Assembly (NCBI RefSeq): GCF_018350175.1
Contig: NC_058368.1
Location: forward strand, 216,878,001 to 216,942,000
DNA length: 64,000 nt
Source of the DNA: Felis catus
Lineage: Eukaryota
Direction: 5' to 3'
The notes beneath the pieces were generated by a model. It ran no database searches. It was not told the origin of the DNA and worked only from the letters and a program-made list of their open reading frames with translations. Positions 14,281-28,199 of this stretch are shown one piece after another. Every line of letters begins with the position of its first letter. Position 1 is the first letter of the stretch. Made by a program: the position numbers and the translations under genes.

Positions 14281-14374
<94 letters not shown>
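14281..14374. repeat. Compound (TA)n(CA)n microsatellite
   Basis: Direct reading. Confidence 0.98.
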
Positions 14375-14377
<3 letters not shown>

Positions 14378-15256
14378 TGCGCTTTTGAAGATATCCTGAG
14401 CAGGAAACTGTCAGCAATGGGGTAGGGAGCAGAGGCTCTGTTCCACATGGTCACTCAGAGATCAAGTCTCCTTTGATCACGGGGTTCTGCAGCCTTTAGA
14501 GTCTTCTGTTCTTCTGTTTTCAGCCAGCTAATGGTGGAAGGAGTATGGAGAATTTTCAGCACGTTTTCAATTCATAATTAAAATGTGGTGAATTTCAAAG
14601 ACTAAGTTAAACCATGAGTACATTACCAAAATCAATGAATAAAAGGATTACAAATTTGTGCACCAAAGTCAGTCATTAAGAAAAACTATATCAAATATCA
14701 ATATTGGCACAGAAAAAAATCAGAATTTCACTCAAATGAAAAGGATGATAAGAATCGTGCATGCATAACTTGACAAAAATAGCAAAACTCCGACAGATTT
14801 TGGGCATTGGGATATACATGAGAAACTTCTACCTTCACTTGGAGGTTTAAAGTCTCTCCTGAGGTTGAGGGAGGGGCTTGTGCAGTGCCTGGGGAAAAAG
14901 AATTTCAATCACAATCTGCAAATGTTTTTCATCTCCACCAGGAAGCTGGTGATCTGAGGTTGCCACACATGATTTATGTTCTGTGAAGGGCAGACCTACA
15001 AATAGAAAAGCTCCATATTAAGCCTTGGCAAATGCCATTGAATAGTCACAGGGTCACAAGGGAAGTTGCTACTCCAAAGAGAGGATAAGTTTATGTTTCT
15101 TTGTACCAACAAAAATGACCTTACTGCAAAAGATGGAGAACTGTAAGATGAAGTGGAGGGGGGAAAATGAGGAAAAGAGTTGATGGTAAACTATCTTTCA
15201 CTTTCCTGTTGATAAATTTTGCTATGACTATAGTCTTAAAAATGTAACACATGTGT

Positions 15257-15527
15257 GGGTGCCTGGGTGGCTCAGTCCGTTAAGCAACTGACTTCGGGCT
15301 CAGGTCATATCTAGCAGTTGATGAGTTTGAGCCCCGCATCGGGCTCTGTGCTGATAGCTCAGCACCTAGAGCCTGCTTCAGATTCTGTGTCTTCGGGCTC
15401 TGTGCTGATAGCTCAGCACCTAGAGCCTGCTTCGGATTCTGTGTCTCCCTCTCTCTCTGCCTCTCCCCTACTTGCACTCTGTCTCTGTCTCTCTCAAAAA
15501 TAAATACACATTAAAAAACATTTTTTT
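15257..15527 (+). mobile_element. CAN-SINE with an internal 54-bp tandem duplication
   Basis: Head, CT tract and tail; duplicated unit at 15339-15392 and 15393-15446. Confidence 0.95.
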
Positions 15528-16341
15528 AAATTAACAAATGTTTACATCTTGGAATGAAAAATTTAAAAATTTAAAATTGTAGATTATTTTTTCTACAGAT
15601 CTCTTATGGCATATAGCCATTTTATAGTCACTATTTCATGTCCAGAACAACTACAGTTTTAACTACCTCACAGGAAAATTATGAAAGGAATGATTGTTTT
15701 TCTGTTTTAAAAATGTCTTAAACTTATTTGTAAACAAGCTATTTTTTTTGGTAAATTGATTAGCTTAACACTGACTAGGTGTCAGGTGTTGAGTATTTCA
15801 TATTATTCTAGTGCTCTGTGAAGGCACGTATAATGATACTCCTCAAATAACTATAATCTTGGCAGTGAAATCTGGATTATGCTTGCATATTGGTTTCCTG
15901 CAGTGTATGCCTGAGAGTTTTTCATATGCCAATTGACATCACTCTCTTTAACTGTATACATTTTTAACGCCTTCAATGCTTTTAAAATTTAAAAAGACTG
16001 AGCTGAGTGTAAGATCAATTGAAGTAATCATTGTTCTCTCCTGAATGCGCATCAGAGTACAACTTTTTAAACCCTCAATTTTTGATTGTTTTGTAAAAAT
16101 AATATAAGTTTAAAAAAGTTAGAGAGTTATGTCTTTAGTTAGTTAGTTATTTAGTTAGTTATTTTTAGGACAGTTTACCTTTCTATGTGCAGGCAAAATG
16201 CCAGAGATACAGGAGCAAATATGAGCACTAAACCTTTAATGCCAAAAGGAAATTTGGGGAAACAAATGAGGGTTACTTTCAACTAAGCCTACACTTATAT
16301 TCTGAATTTTATCTTACCCTCAGCAATATCAAAATTGATTA

Positions 16342-16380
16342 ACACACACACACACACACAGACACACACACACACACACA
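16342..16380. repeat. (CA)n microsatellite
   Basis: Direct reading. Confidence 0.97.
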
Positions 16381-17379
16381 TTTTAAATTCCCTTTCATGG
16401 CACATATTTTATTACCAAAAAGAAATGTACCACATTGTCTGCTTTTGAGGAACTAAGAAAGGAGGCTTCAGACCCACAAATACAGTTTATTATTAACCTA
16501 AAGATAAAGAATGTCAGAAGCCATTAATATAAACTAAAACAAAATAAATATAAATTCTACAAATGGAGGGTAATAAATGGGTGGGAGTTGTGATCTATGC
16601 TGAGCCTTGAAAAAGGTGAATAAAAATGAGAGAAAATAATCTAGGGAGATGGATTCTCTATGAATCACACTTTCTAATAATGAGCTAGATTTGTTGCTGT
16701 GTTACATTATGAGGTCAGTGACACTGATTATGGTTCACACTGTTGCTTTACTTCTTTATGCCCAAATCCATCATTGTTGTTGCCTCCCTTTCCCATTCTC
16801 CTATTACCGCTTCCCCTGTAACCCTTCCAATCTATTCTGGATGTAGCTGCAGAGGTGACCTTCTTAAAATTATAATTTGGATTATGTCACTCCCTGGCAT
16901 AATGGGAGTCAAATTCATATTGCATTGTAGTTGTGAATAAGGGCATACTCAAAAACAAGATAAACTCTTCAATCTATCAGCATGATATAAAAGCTGAAAC
17001 TATGAACCTGCTGAATTACACGTCCAGGGATAGAAAAGGCATGTGGAGTTTCATTTCTAGTGGATAAGTGGCCCATGCATTGCAGGGAACAAAAGCCAGG
17101 CTCATAGTGTGTAAGTAATCCCTAAAGAAACCCTTCGGCACCCAGGAACTAGGATGATCAAACATCTGAAACTGAGCCATAGGGCTATGGCTTTTATGGA
17201 TATTAGTCACCTGGGGTAGTGAGAGAAAAAGAGAAAACCATCGAACCTTGGCTTAGGCCAGGTTACTTGAGCTGTGGTATCTCCTTGGTTACTTCTGAAC
17301 AACAGCCCCAAATAGTGGGGCCCAGAATTGAGGTCAGGTAACTATAAAATCACAAGTGGGGGAGAAGAAGACACTGATT

Positions 17380-17410
<31 letters not shown>

Positions 17411-18149
17411 TAAACAAAGAAATTGTGCTACCTAAAACCTTTTACAATGAGCAGTGAGCTGACAAAGATTATAAAGCAAGTGAGAAAAAAATGAAAAAAA
17501 TGTTTTCAAAAACCCTCATTATTAATGAACTAAAGTAATTTACAAAGGTTTTCAATAGTAGGGAATTTGAAAATGATTTCAAAATAAGTGCATTTATATT
17601 TCTTAAAGATAGGAAAAGGTAACTAAAGTGCTTAAAGGACACATGAAGACAAAAATCAAGAAATGATACCAACGGGAAACTCCTTATGAAGGAAGAGAAG
17701 AAGATATCATGATGGCCATGGAGGTCGAGGATAGGAGAAGAAGAGTTCCTCAGTTAGATCAATGCTAGCTTAATCCTAATCAAAAGATTCCATTGATTGG
17801 ATATATTGAAAAATTCAGAGCATAACAAGAAGAGATATCAAAGAAGTAAAATCAAAGTATAGATAAATGGCAGAAAGATTTGAGACCCTCTCAATTATTG
17901 GGTATTCCTGGGTAGGGCGGGGAGGCATACAGACAATGACAGAGAAGCATTTATTGAAGGGTTGTTAGTTGTCCTGAGTTTTAGAATTCCACCTCCTATC
18001 AATTTGAAAGAGCCAAGGATAGCCAAATGCAATTAACTCAAACAAATGCACATATTTAGGTACACTGTACCAAATCTGGAGGACACTGTGTATAAAGGGA
18101 AAACAATCTTAAAAGATACCAGGGAAATAAACATAAAACAACAAATGGA

Positions 18150-18555
18150 TCACAATGGCCTACAAGGCCCTGGATGACTGGATTGTGGACGTTACCCCAT
18201 TCTCCAGCCTCTTTTATGAGCTCTGTCCACCAAGATCTAGTCTTCTAACACATTGCCTTCCTCATTTTCTTGAGTACCTCCGTCTTTTTCCAAACCCAGC
18301 ACCTTCCTCTATCCTGTTTTCTCTGACATAATCATTAATATTCCTATATTTCTTATAATGAAGTTCTACCTGTCCCTCAGATCTCTGCTTAAATGTGTCT
18401 ATCATAGAAAGAACTTTCCTGAACAATCAACTCAAAGCATTTTTGCACTCACACTTGCACTCATTATCTCATAGCATCCTGTCCTTTTCCTTGATTGCAA
18501 TGAACAGTAGTTATAATTAATCATATTTACATCTTTTGTAAAGATAAGCTGTAAA
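18150..18555 (+). mobile_element. L2 relic; further pieces near 16750-16890 and 20360-20420
   Basis: ggcctacaaggccctggatga and tcagatctctgcttaaatgt, plus the 3'-end motif gctagcacatgatgggtgctcaataa at ~20390, resemble L2. Confidence 0.6.
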
Positions 18556-18563
18556 GATTAACT

Positions 18564-19776
18564 TGTGGTTAAGCATTTTCTATAGTCTTTCCACCTGTCT
18601 GTGTTACCTTTTTAGATGAATCTCTCAATCTTGCAGGTTGACTTCTGGGTAAATCCTTTAAGTCGATCATCACACATGTATGGATTCTCTCCTTTATAGA
18701 TTATCCATTCAAGGAGTGCCGCAAGAAACCTTTATATCAAGAATTGCTTTTAAGTAGTTTCTCTCCTGAATGTCTATATCTTCTACCATATATTAACCTG
18801 GAGTTTTTAAAAGGAATTTCTTTCATATATCCCACAAAGCTATTATGCCAATTCCACAGTCCCCTGATTTTAACGAACAGTATAGCTAGTTGGCCCCCTG
18901 GTACTTGAACAAGGAACTGATTAACACACGTTTTAAGATTTTGGTCCAGCCCTATCCTCAGGAAAACAATTTGTTGGCTTGTCTTGAGGCCTATCTTAGG
19001 CAATAGACGGAGTGTCTGGCTTGCATCCTTTAGAATTAATTACATTCTTCTACAAGTTCTCTTTATCTATACTCTGTTTATGATTCTTTGCTCATTTATG
19101 TACCTTTGCAGGATCAGTCCTGTTCCGCCAGGGATACTCTGGGCCTGATGCAATGCCACCCATGACTTCTCTGCCGTGGATCCTTCTCTGACTTTGACCT
19201 AAGGGTCAAACCTTCTAGCTCAGATCTCAGAGAAAGGGAGCTTTACGGGAAATCTTATGTTTCGTTATTTGTCAACACTGTCTTTAGTCCCCTAGTGACT
19301 TTCTGGCTTCTTATTGGATGTATCTCATTTACAGAGATCCAAGACTCCCTAAGCTATGTTCTCACATGAAACTGGTTATTGTCTCAGATTCATCTCTCAA
19401 CTTCAGGATTTTGCAAAGGAAAGCCCAGTTCTTCCAAAAAGATAAACAGTGTCTTTGATTTTTTGCTACTTATTAGCATATTTTCTTATTATTCCTTCAG
19501 CTCTTTGCAACTTTATAACTCTCCTTTCCTTCATAAGCTCCTAAAGATACTTCTGCATGCAGATTGTACCAACTTGTCAAGAATCTCCTTCTTGGTTTAT
19601 ATGTCCAGACCTAGCCAGGAATAGTAAAGCTCAGATATTCCTCTCAGCAATGGGTCTGAGAGTTAAGTATATACATTTTTTAATGTTTAATGGGACAGGT
19701 TTCAGCCTTGCAACATTGCTTTGAAGACCAGGTCCTTGGGAATATAGAAACATACTACTGATTGAAGACTGTCACA
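18564..19776 (-). mobile_element. Probable ancient LTR-type insertion (family uncertain)
   Basis: Interrupts the L2 relic; reads TGTGAC...CCACA (TG..CA) on the minus strand; ~1.2 kb; no long ORF. Confidence 0.3.
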
Positions 19777-19941
19777 GGATATTTCATGCTCCTCCAAAAA
19801 ATCTCAGATGTGCATCCAGGCTTAGCAGAACATTTATTACTATAACTCAGTAAGTGGGGTATTGAGAATCTGTTTTGTGATTTGGATTAACTATGAGGAT
19901 TTTCTTTTTTTTTTTTTCTTTTTCTTTCAAAAGACATTCTT

Positions 19942-20067
19942 GGGATGCCTGGGTGGCTCAGTCAGTTGAGCATCCGACTTCAGCTCAGGTCATGATCTCA
20001 CAGTTCATGGGTTCGAGCCCCGTATCAGGCTCTGTGCTGACAGCTCAGAGCCTGGAGCCTGCTTCAG
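19942..20067 (+). mobile_element. CAN-SINE, 5' half only
   Basis: Head through gcctgcttcag, then an abrupt join to an antisense SINE. Confidence 0.9.
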
Positions 20068-20069
20068 GC

Positions 20070-20354
20070 TTGTTGTTTGTTTTTGAGAGAGAGAGAGACA
20101 GTGCAAGTGAGTGAGGGGTAAAAAGAGAGAGAAGGAGAGAGACAGAATCCCACGAGGGGCAGAGGGAAAGAGGGAGAGAGAGAGAGAGAAGTGAGGCTCA
20201 CCTGAAATGAGGCTCTTGTTTTTACCCAAAGTGCAGCTGGTGTTACCAGAAGCAAGGCTCAAGCTCACCCTAATCGAGCCTCAAACTCACGAACCATGAA
20301 ATCATGACCTGAGCTGAAGTCAGATGCTTAACTGACTGAGCCACCCAGGTGCCC
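20070..20354 (-). mobile_element. CAN-SINE variant with internal (g)gctca repeats
   Basis: Reverse-complement head ...ctgagccacccaggtgccc; GA tract. Confidence 0.9.
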
Positions 20355-20867
20355 TATAGGTTATATTTTTGTAAACAATATATATCTACTAGCTAGCACA
20401 TGATGGGTGCTCAATAATGATTGATTATAAAAAGAGGGATGCTGTGATTTTTCCACCTGGCCCATTTGTACATCTATTTTTTAATTCACACATGTTTATA
20501 CTGCACCATCTGAATGAACACTTTTTGTTTCTTAACTCATTTGCAGAAAGTTTGTTACTTCCTTGTTTAACTAAAGTGAGTCGTTCAAGTGAACGATCAA
20601 ATATTTGATTCAGGCTTCAGGCAATGCGGTCCTTACATGGACAAGCTATGAGAGAGTAGACTTAGTACAGCATTTCCCACTCACAACAACTTGACTCTCA
20701 CTCATGACTGGTAACTTCTGCTAATCCAGTATATTTTGCACAAAGCATCTAGAATGATAGGGAACTTGCCTAGTGAGTCAATTAAAGTAGAAATCTAGTT
20801 AATTCTTGCCACTTCCCTTTCTACTTATCCTGATTGTGAAAGAAAAGATCTAAAAGAAGGTTGAGGA

Positions 20868-21074
20868 GGGGAACCTGGGTGACTCAGTCAGTTAAGCGTC
20901 TGACTCTAGATTTCAGGACTGGTCATGATCTCACAGTTTGTGAGATCGAGCCCTGTGTTGGGCTCTGTGCTATCAGCATGGAGCCTGCTTGGGATTCTCT
21001 CTCTCCCTTTCTCTCTGCTCCTCCCCGGCTTGCTCTCTCTCTCGCTCAAAATAAATAAATAAACTTTAAAAAAA
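20868..21074 (+). mobile_element. CAN-SINE
   Basis: Head, CT tract and A tail. Confidence 0.93.
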
Positions 21075-23535
21075 GTTGGCCAATATATGATGGACTGTAT
21101 AGCTTATCATCTAAATGGGGACAATTTTCAGAATTAAAAGGAGAATACAGTTAAATAAAATCAGCTCATTTTAAAATATTCTTGTTTTACCAAAATATTA
21201 ATTTGTATATTGGAGAATGTGGTAAATATTTATATTACATGAATATTCAAAAATAAAATGACTTCTAAAACAGAAACACAACCTTGTTAGTGAAGTAGTT
21301 AGTGAAATAACGCTATATGTGCTCACTGTAAGAGCAACAAATTAAGAATAAAATGAGCAAGGGAAGCACTATGCATATTCATTTATGCAACTTGGTTTCT
21401 TAGTCTTGGTTGCCTTTAAAAGCTTATTATATTTTTGATCAGTCTATTTTTCAATATGATCGTATTAGTTCATTTTGTAGAAAAGTACCAAGCAATCATC
21501 TTCAAATTTATGTTTTATTGTTGCAAAATTTGAAGTTGAGACACTCCTTTATTGAAACCATAATTTTTTTCATTGGAAAAGTAATTTCTCTAAAAGTGCT
21601 GAGCTAAGAAACAAATTCTACTAATGGAGTGTTTTCTTAAAGCTATTTTTTTTCTGCATTTGAATGTGTAAATATTTACATTCTAGCTTTTTCCCAGATG
21701 CTGCATATTTCCTGCATTTAAAGTGTCTTTCCTTGACAAACATTTCATAAAATTGAAACTCATTGAATAAGTTATTTCTACTTATGATTATTAACCATAG
21801 TTTTTCTAGAGTCAGAAGCTGAAAGTCAAATCCCTTCTCAGTTTGATCCCACTGTAGTACTGAATATCCACTGATCCAGTTAAAAATGAGTGTTCTATAA
21901 AATTATTATTCCAACAAGTGGAGAGATTCAAAATTCAAAATTAATCCACATACGATATTGCAGCTCTACTCCCTTAATATTGTCTGGACCTCTCTTGCTT
22001 TTATAAGGATAACTGTAAATGTCTTCCTGTTGAAATGTTTGTTTTCGGTAAGTGCAATCCACTAAAAGCTTCAAAAGCTGTTTGCTAGCTGTTGTTTGTT
22101 AGCTATTTTTATTGTGGAATATTTCACTATTTTACTAACAATTTACTAACATTTCCAACTGATATTAAACAAATTGCAACCAAAATATAGCCACTACCAT
22201 TATAGCATGTAGACTGATTTACTACATCGTTCTTGAAGCGTGCAAACATTTCCAAAATCTTATCAGTGACAGTAAAAAGAAAAATAACAATTATATTTGG
22301 AACAAGTTGAAAGAGAAATCTAAATTTCTGCTAAGGGAGAAACACACTGACCTATTGTTCCATGTTACACATGCACATAGAAAACTTTGGAAGAGAACGT
22401 AAGTGGAGTCACTTTCAGAACAGTAGGCATTTGATTTAAATGGAAAGTCAGGCTTAAAAGAGTGATATGCGCAGACATTTTCTATATAGACCTGTGATAA
22501 TTCCTTGTCCAGGGAGATAGTCTTAAAATAACTAAGTTGTCATTCTCTCCACATATTTGTTTCTTCTGGTTTTATATGATTAGGGCCATTCCCACAGATT
22601 CTATAATGGATGCAAATGTCAACGTTTTATTCAAATTACATATTCATCGTCGGATGAGTGAGGTATTGAAATCTAATATGTAAGTTTTAATTAAATACAC
22701 AATTTGTCTTTGGAAGAAAAATTTCTATCGTGTTCCATCTAAGAAGGGTTGAAGAAAAAAGAAAATGTGTCTTGTTATAAAAAGAAAAGCTTGAAAACAT
22801 GCTAAACTAAATGAGAAGTTAAGATGACAAATGTAAACCAGGGCTGTGGCAAACAGAAAATAGTCACCATTTAAGTATATGACATATGTCCTATCATTTC
22901 CATCCTGTGAAGTAGCAGTCCCTAATCATTGATCAATGCCTTTTTGTCCTCTTGTTCCAAATTCTGCCCCATAATCTTTCTTAACCCAGGACATTGAAAA
23001 ATAATGTTAAACTATCTTAGGCAAGATACAGACTTGCCCCAGGCCACAGCTGACTCCACAGAGCCTTGGCAAATAAGAATATTAACCAAAATGAGAAAGG
23101 AAGAGAGAGAGGGAGAGAGGTCTTCCATGAGCAAAGGAAAGCAAACGAACAACAAATAATCCCAGGGAATTCCAAGTATTTATGATGATTGATTATTGGA
23201 GACAAAGTATAAAAAAATTAATGTGTTTCAACTGATGAAAGTGGGAAAGAAAAATCTAAAATCTAAATTAATTAGAAGATGCCATAAGAATTCAGAAGGT
23301 GGAAAACACAGCATAGAATTTACAATTTCTAAATTGAATTTATAATTACTGTTGAAACATTTTGTAATTGAATTTGAAAACACAACAAAACATACAGATT
23401 AGCTCTCTTTTTGGAAAATGTATTCGAAGATCACCAGTGACCTGACACTGGTTGAATTACGTATATCTGACCAGCTTCCAAACCTTTTTGGCAAGACATG
23501 CACTCCTTATTCTTGCTGGTTAGGTTAACTCATTC

Positions 23536-23756
23536 TTTTTTTTTTAAATGTTTATTTATTTTGAGGGAGAGAGAGACAGAGTGTGAGCAGTAGAGGGACA
23601 GAGAGAGAGGGAGACACAGAATCGGAACCAGGCTCCAGGCTCCAAAGCTGTCCAGCACAGAGCCCAATGCGGGGCTCGATCCCACAACCCTGGGATCATG
23701 ACCGGGGCCGAAATCAAGAGTCAGACGCTTAACCAACTGAGCCATGCAGGAACCAC
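23536..23756 (-). mobile_element. CAN-SINE
   Basis: T tail, GA tract, reverse-complement head. Confidence 0.93.
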
Positions 23757-23771
23757 AAAGAGGTAAATCTT

Positions 23772-23785
23772 TTTGTTTTGTTTTG

Positions 23786-23816
<31 letters not shown>

Positions 23817-24015
23817 GTTTCAAGTTTATGTATTTATTTTGAGAGAGAGAGTGTGTATGTGTGTGTGAGCAGGAGAGGGGCATAGAGAGAGGAAAAGAGA
23901 GAATGCCAAGCAGATTCTGCACTGACAGCCCACAGGGGGCTTGATCTCACAAACTGTGCGATCACGACCTGAGCAGAAATCAAGAGTCGCTTGTTCAACT
24001 GCATGAGCCACCTGG
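23772..24015 (-). mobile_element. CAN-SINE with (GTTTT)n tail
   Basis: TSD aagaggtaaatctt at 23758-23771 and 24016-24029. Confidence 0.94.
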
Positions 24016-24142
24016 AAGAGGTAAATCTTGAAGAAGAATAACTTCATAAAAGCCACACATGCCTTATAAATCAAAAATAATATTTATGAGAAATATAAGT
24101 GTTTTTAGAAAAAATATTTTCATCCAAACTGAATATCAGTTC

Positions 24143-24145
<3 letters not shown>

Positions 24146-24210
<65 letters not shown>
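24146..24210. repeat. (TA)n(CA)n microsatellite
   Basis: Direct reading. Confidence 0.98.
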
Positions 24211-24438
24211 GAGCACTCAATGGAAGAATGGCTTCAGACTACATAATTGACCTTAGAGAATTGAAAAGGACAAAGCAAACAAACCCATCTGATTTAGAAG
24301 TGGACATTAGAAAATAATTTCAGCAATAATAGCAAAAAACCCCATAAATTTGTGATAATTCATGACATTTGATTTTATTACATCCCCATATTATCTTCTT
24401 AAGATATTTGATAATATCTTTAAAAATACAGTCTTGTG

Positions 24439-24640
24439 GGGGCTCCTGGGTGGCTCAGTTCGTTAAGTGTCCGACTTCATCTTACGTCATGATCTCAATG
24501 TTCGTGGGTTTGAGCCCCCAAAGGGCTCTGTACTGACAGCTCAGAGCCTGGAGCTTGCTTTGGATTCTGTGTCTCCCTCTCTCTCAGCCTCTCCCCTGCT
24601 CATGCTCTGTCTCTCTCTCAAAAAGTAAATAAACATTTAA
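24439..24640 (+). mobile_element. CAN-SINE
   Basis: TSD aaaaataca(g/a)tcttgtg. Confidence 0.95.
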
Positions 24641-26181
24641 AAAAATACAATCTTGTGTAGTGTTTTACTTTTTAGGTAAATACTTTAAAATATTTAACTG
24701 CTTGACACAGAGTAACATACTTTGAAATATACTATCAGTACTCTTCAGAAAGGTGCCCCCAATAGTTTCCACCATATGTATGTATGAATAAGGACTACAA
24801 TTAGAAGTAGGGAGTACTAAAGGAAATCCTAATTGACTCTGTTCTTCCAGAACGGCTGAATTAACTACTTTAAATTTAACAAGCGTGAATATAAAGAAAT
24901 TTTTGTGTTATCCCAATTAAATTAAGCAAGTAATAATGTGTACTGAATTGCTGAATTTAAAAAAAAATGGAGGAAATACTTATTTCTGTTTCAAAGACAT
25001 ATCTATATGTATAATACAGATATATATTTTTAATAGTTAGAATTGATTAACACAGTTTGATGGAAAAGCATGGTGAATATAAGCCTAAAAGACCACTGCT
25101 GATTTTTACTGAAACAGAAGGCACTAAAAATAATTTATCGTTCACTTGTACAAGAGGAAAGATTTGGATTAAAGTTATAATTGGCACGGTAACAGTTCTG
25201 AATACAGCAATACAAAACATAGCATCTGTTTAAGTAAAGACTACAAAGTAAAGAACTAGTCTAATGCAGAATTGAGTTAATGTTTTAGGTGACATCATGT
25301 AATCCTGTGACAGAGTAATGTCTTATGCATATTTTGTAACATGGAAATAAGTGAAAATTTTTGTTACACGTCCAAGTGCAAGCATCGTAAATAGATTTAG
25401 CATTTCACAATGTGTAGAATAAGAGACTTTTAGGCAAATTGCAGATGAGGCTTTCATTATTTCTATAACCAACTATCTTTTACCAACCATAAGATATTTG
25501 GGTATGAATTTGATAGATCTCTATTTCAGTTTCAGCCAGTTGTGCTACTTACTATTTATATGATTTATGCAACCGTATGTTTCTTTTCTTCATTTTCCAC
25601 AACACTGATTAGGAACTACTTTACAAAGTTACCAGATTAATTATATTATAAATATAAAAGGCTTATAAATTGTAATACTTTATATAAATGTGGTCTTCAT
25701 TTCCCCACAAAGAATGACAAGATTCTAATTGCTGCTACAATAGCACAAACGATTTTCTTCAAATATATTATAATGTGCTTTGGAACATTTGGAATGGAAG
25801 AGATGGAAATTCCACTCAAGTATCTTCATCTTTCATCAATATTTTTTCCACAATAAAAAGAATTTATGCTGAATTTTTCCTATGATCTACTGATTATTTT
25901 GAATGTGTATTATTTATAACCAGGTAATTAGCTACCTGAGGAAAGAGTTATGATGTTTCAAATGGTCCAGTTTGCAAAATGAAGAAGAAATACAGATTCC
26001 TGCTTCTCAATGGGAGCACTGTCAAAAAATTTGCTGTTATCTTTTAAAACTACCATACATATAACAATGTGTGTGTGTTTATGTACATGTGAATATCTGT
26101 GCATATGTTACTGACTGTCCACATACATATCTAGTGTACAAATATGTATATTTGCTTAAATGAAGATTATATTTAATAATA

Positions 26182-26264
26182 AGTAAGTAGAGCCATTGAT
26201 GAATGTATATCTGTGGATTCTTTAGTAAGTAGAGCCATTGATGAATGTATATCTGTGGATTCTT
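26182..26264. repeat. Perfect 41-bp direct duplication (period 42)
   Basis: agtaagtagagccattgatgaatgtatatctgtggattctt occurs twice. Confidence 0.97.
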
Positions 26265-28199
26265 AGGAGATATATTTTCCAGCTATGACAGACATTAAAA
26301 TTGATTGTTAAGCTGAAATTAGAAATGTCTAAGAAAATGTACAATCACATCACCTTTATTAAAATGGTAAAAGTATTTAATAAGAGTTTATGTATAACAA
26401 ATATAAACTCAAGTTTATCTTTATCATATACTTTTAAAATTAAAATTTACTTCCATATCTTATAAAATAGATAACAGATTATAAGATTCTTATATATCCT
26501 GTTAATTCATAATAATACATGTATCACGTTGAAAGCCCACATGTGTTTAAATGATAGTATATGAAACAAAAATATTTCAAAACTACCATCTTATAAAATC
26601 TCCAAGAAGCAGGGCTAGACTTGATTTGGGTTGATTTCAATTCATTAAGTTGAGTACCGAAGCCCCCAAACGAAATTAGACACCTGATTTTGCCCACAAT
26701 ACATTTGTCCATCTGTAGGTCGGGTACAGGCTTGGGATCACTTCCTCCTTCAGGCAGCTGGGAAAGTATCGTTAATAAAATGTTTCCACCTTGCACTGTT
26801 GTATATTATGTCGTATACTATACTATGCTCATTAAGAGCATGACAGACACTTTACCTTTGATCACCCATTTCCTGTCATTGTGTAAACACAGGAATTTGT
26901 GGTAAAAAAGAGCTCAACTACTCATCCAAATAAGTGATTTTAGGGAGAATTGTCAGTATTTTTATTTCACAATATTTTCTCTTAGCATCTAATGCAAAAT
27001 ATTGGTTCTTAAAATATTGGGTTTAGAAATCTGGGCAATCAATGTGTTACCTCCTGAAAAAATTCCTATGATTTTCAACATATGGCCCCTAACTTCTTAT
27101 ACTAGATGGCAATATTCCATGGGTAACCTGTATCTGGAAAGAAAACCCCTTACAGTACCATTTGAAAACAGCAGTTATTAATCTTTCTTTTTTGTGACTC
27201 AGCATCTACTTTTTAAGATACGTAGAATTTCAATTTGAACTGTAATATTATTTGTCAACTTTTTTCCCTATTCTGTTTCTTTCGCTGAAGGACTAGGATA
27301 CGAAATGCAGAAGAATAAAGCTTCATATAATGATTTGATTATAGCTTGTTAAGAATAGACTTGTTTTCCACTCATCATTCCCTCTTCAATTTTTCACTGA
27401 GCTGTGCTCTTTTAGAAATCTTGTTGAGTGGGAAGATGTGAGCTTATGTAAACATGCATTGAACAGCTGAACTGAAATGTTTATAGCCCCAAACAGGAGA
27501 TTACTCATTGGCACTAGTACAATGCACAGACATTTTCATGCACAGTCTGTAATTGCAATATTGTATTTGAGGGAAAATGTGTTTGATAAAGAATGAAAAC
27601 AACTCTACGGTTGCTCAGGAAGATAACATTAGTTAAGTTAACCAAATCAGTCTTTCATCCACTGGTTTATGTTTCATCAGATTTATGGAACATTATGTTA
27701 CAAAGCATGCTGAAAATACTAAATTATAATTAAATAAGACGATAAAATTAATTCTGATTATCCAATTGAGTATAAGGAAGGGTACTGATAAATTCGTATG
27801 TATATAATAGAATTATTTACAGAAAGAGATTACTCAGTGGCCTTGCTATGTTCCCTATCTGTGAAAAAAAGTAATATCAACACCAGTTCTACTGCTTTTT
27901 ATCAATCTATTCAAAATGCTTTGACATAGCTGGGGAAAAAAAATGAATTCAGAGCTGTGTCATTTTACTTAAACCAAATAGGTATATAGTTTCTTCACAG
28001 ATTGTCTTCAAGTTCATTATCCAAATTTCAGGATTTTATGTAAAACAAAAAAAGAGACTCTTTTGATTGATTTTTCAAACTTACAATATATTAATAAGAT
28101 GCACTGGGAGGAGATAACAGATAGATTTCAGGTTTCCATATCTCCACTTCATAATTTTTCTGCTGTCGCTGGTGTAGCTCTTTACCTTGTTCCAAGGGC

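Noticed and set aside
26182..26264. CRISPR-like repeat
   Set aside because: Only two adjacent units with no spacers, in mammalian DNA.
26684..26757. Minus-strand 74-nt exon within ORF 26524-26796
   Set aside because: Weak donor (gtgtct) and unrecognised peptide.
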